A stretch of 10,070 bases of DNA from Octopus sinensis (Eukaryota). The notes under the pieces are model-generated. The model was not told the DNA's origin. It searched no databases and saw nothing but the letters and a program-made list of their open reading frames with translations. Positions 8,007-10,070 of the stretch are shown in pieces (positions within the stretch are counted from its first letter, which is position 1; each line of letters begins with the position of its first letter). A program made the position numbers and the translations under genes. Location of the stretch: the NCBI RefSeq assembly GCF_006345805.1, contig NW_021827773.1, positions 1-10,070 of the forward strand, in the 5' to 3' direction.

Positions 8007-8635
8007 ATCATATTATCTCTAGCTGCCCAGTCCTGGCTAAGAAGGAATATATTCACAGACATGACAGAGTTGGAACCTACATACATTGGAAGCCATGCCA
8101 ACATTATGGAATAACAACAGAAAAAAGATGGTATAGGCACACACCACAAAAGGTCACAGAAAACGAGAAAGCAACCATACTCTGGGATATGCCGATACAC
8201 ACAGATAGAGAAATTAAGGCCAACAGACCAGATATAGTTGTCAGAGATCATGAAGAAAAAAATGCTTTCTAATTGATGTATCAATACCGGCAGATGACAA
8301 CGTGTCTCTAAAAGAAATGGAGAAACTCTCAAAATACACAAGACCTGGAAATAGAGGTAACCAGAATATGGAATCTAAAAACAGAAACAATTCCTATCAT
8401 AGTAGGTGCATTAGGCATGATAAAAAATATTCAGACAAATACATACACAAAAAACACCAGGACTTACAACACATATAACATACAGAAAATTGCACTACTA
8501 GGCACTGACACATCCTACGCAGAATACTTTCCATACAATAACCATCAGAGCATCACAACAAATCACAACACATACCTAAGGCACACAGAGCTGCGCTCGG
8601 TAGTGAAGTGAAAGCACACTATAAAAATAAAACTA

Positions 8636-8638
<3 letters not shown>
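8006..8638 (+). mobile_element. R4/Dong-clade non-LTR retrotransposon copy 2: 3' fragment (end of zinc knuckle, REL endonuclease, 3' UTR)
   Basis: Across frameshifts: NHIISSCPVLAKKEYIHRHDRVGTYIHWK.C..WYRHTPQKVTENEKATILWDMPIHTDREIKANRPDIVVRDHEEK.CFLIDVSIPADDNVSLKEMEKLSKY.DLEIEVTRIWNLKTETIPIIVGALGMIK..IQKIALLGT.HILRRILSIQ* (stop 8539-8541). RPDIV..IDV is the PD-(D/E)xK restriction-like endonuclease motif. Confidence 0.92.

Positions 8639-8720
<82 letters not shown>
8639..8720 (+). repeat. Perfect (AAT)n microsatellite, about 27 units, at the LINE 3' end
   Basis: Direct reading. Confidence 0.97.
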
Positions 8721-9014
8721 GTGTAGTTGTTCCTGTAACACATTTGAAATTATTTGTAGAATTCATATCACTGTAGTGTTTTTATCCTCCAAACGTTCCC
8801 ATATCTAGTAATGAAATAGAGAATATTAATGAATATTAGTATTAGGAATGAGCGTAATATCGGCTGAGACAAACAATATATCATATATGAATATGCAGTC
8901 TACCTCTGCGTTACGAAAACTCTGGTTACGGAAATCTGCTCTACGCAAATTGTGATGTATTAACACTAATTTCAAGATACGTTCGGCAATTCTGCTCTTC
9001 ACAACAAGTATGTC

Positions 9015-9350
9015 TTTCAGTTTTTTTACAGTTATTAAACTGTGGCCATGCTGGAGCACCACCTTGAAGAATTTTACTCGAATGAATCAACCCCAGTACT
9101 TATATATTTTTCGAGCCTGGTACTTATTCTATCAGTCTATTTCGTCGTACCACTAAGTTACGGGGGTTTAAACACACCAACATCGGTTGTGGGGAAGAAA
9201 TACATACACACACATACACGAGAGGCTTCTTTCAGTTTACGTCTACCAAATTCACTCACAAGTCTTTGATCGACCCAAGGTGCCATGCAGTGGGACTGAA
9301 CCTGGAGCTATGTGGTCAGGTAGCAAACTTCTTTCCACACAACTACGCCT
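9015..9350 (-). mobile_element. tRNA-derived SINE family 1, diverged near-full-length copy with internal deletion
   Basis: GGCCATGCTGGAGCACC, CTGGTACTTATTCTATC, CTAAGTTACGGGG, CTTTCAGTTT.CGTCTACCAAAT.CACTCACAAG and CCCAAGGTGCCA.GCAGTGGGACTGAACC all match the reverse complement of 3423-3834. The left boundary is approximate. Confidence 0.87.
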
Positions 9351-9381
9351 AGAAGAAAATTACAATTTTGTTTAGAAATTA

Positions 9382-9776
9382 CTAGCAGTATCGCCTGGCG
9401 TTGCTCGGGTTTGTAAGGGAAATAACTATATAAGTATTTTTAGAGATGTAAAGTATAACAGCCATCTCAATATGGCTAACCACAAAGGGGGGGGGTTAAC
9501 TGTAGTTTTTATGTTCTGAGAGTTTAATAAATTTACTTTTTAAGAGAGTTACTTCCCTTATATATGCAAAAATGCATTAAAAATGGGAAAAATTGATGGT
9601 AATTTTTTTTAAATCGTAGACTCATCGTAGACCGCGCGCTAATACCCAGAAGGCTCGATATTGAATCACGACTATAAGATACCCGTTTTGGTTAAACTGC
9701 ACCGCAAAATGTGGGAGTAGTTAGGAATCTAAATCGTAGGAGACAGACACACAACCTTCTCTTTTATATATAAAGA
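9382..9776 (-). mobile_element. Non-autonomous Helitron (395 bp)
   Basis: On minus it starts TCTTTATATATAAAAG, has a short TGTGTGTCTGTCT tract, and ends with the GC-rich subterminal hairpin CCCGAGCAACGCCAGG, 8 nt, then CTAG. It is inserted between A (9777) and T (9381) with no TSD, which is the canonical Helitron signature. Confidence 0.85.
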
Positions 9777-9968
9777 TATACATTTGACGTGACATTATAG
9801 TATGCTCGGTTGCGCATCTCCTCGTGTTTCTATCTCCAATATCTCTACATTTTTGTTATTTACGGCCAACCAACATAATTCGCAAAATGAATTTACTCTT
9901 TCTTCTGCTAGAATTTTCTCTTGTTTTTTATTTATAAATTGGTCTCTAGCATTCTTCCCAACGCTTTC

Positions 9969-10004
9969 GAGAGAGAGAGGTGGGGGAGGGGGGGAGAGAG
10001 AGAG
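9969..10004. repeat. (GA)n / G-rich low-complexity tract
   Basis: Direct reading. Confidence 0.85.
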
Positions 10005-10041
10005 GTATTGATTTCAGTGCAGGGGATAGATACCGAATTTC

Positions 10042-10070
10042 TCGACCCCGAAAGGAAGGATGAAAAAGCA
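10042..10070 (-). mobile_element. Probable fragment of SINE family 2 running off the window end
   Basis: TCGACCCCGAAAGG(AAGG)ATGAAAAAGCA matches TCGACCCCGAAAGGATGAAAGGCA at 4012-4035 with a 4-bp duplication. The match is short. Confidence 0.55.

Overview
AT-rich animal (non-prokaryotic) genomic DNA made almost entirely of repeats. The SINE families, (TA)n/(TAA)n microsatellites and R4/Dong LINEs look like Octopus/cephalopod DNA; this is recognition from memory, not a database result. No intact host gene can be supported. Left to right: a 5'-truncated CR1-type LINE RT fragment (1-812, -); a 59-bp-arm inverted repeat; SINE remnants; a foldback-seeded minisatellite with higher-order structure (1418-1815); a 1.3-kb unique island with weak candidate exons; a full tRNA-derived SINE. 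From about 3930 to 8720 is a stack of elements separated by remnants of (TAA)n arrays: two SINEs, an R4/Dong LINE, a 533-bp orphan element and a second, different R4/Dong LINE 3' fragment. The first LINE carries a nested SINE with an 11-bp TSD and a full-length 1289-bp DD34D mariner. The mariner transposase is broken only by two single-base losses in C homopolymers. A 395-bp non-autonomous Helitron lies near the end. The most notable signals are the TAA landing-pad stack, the possibly intact mariner and the minisatellite. I found no prokaryotic-type novel system.
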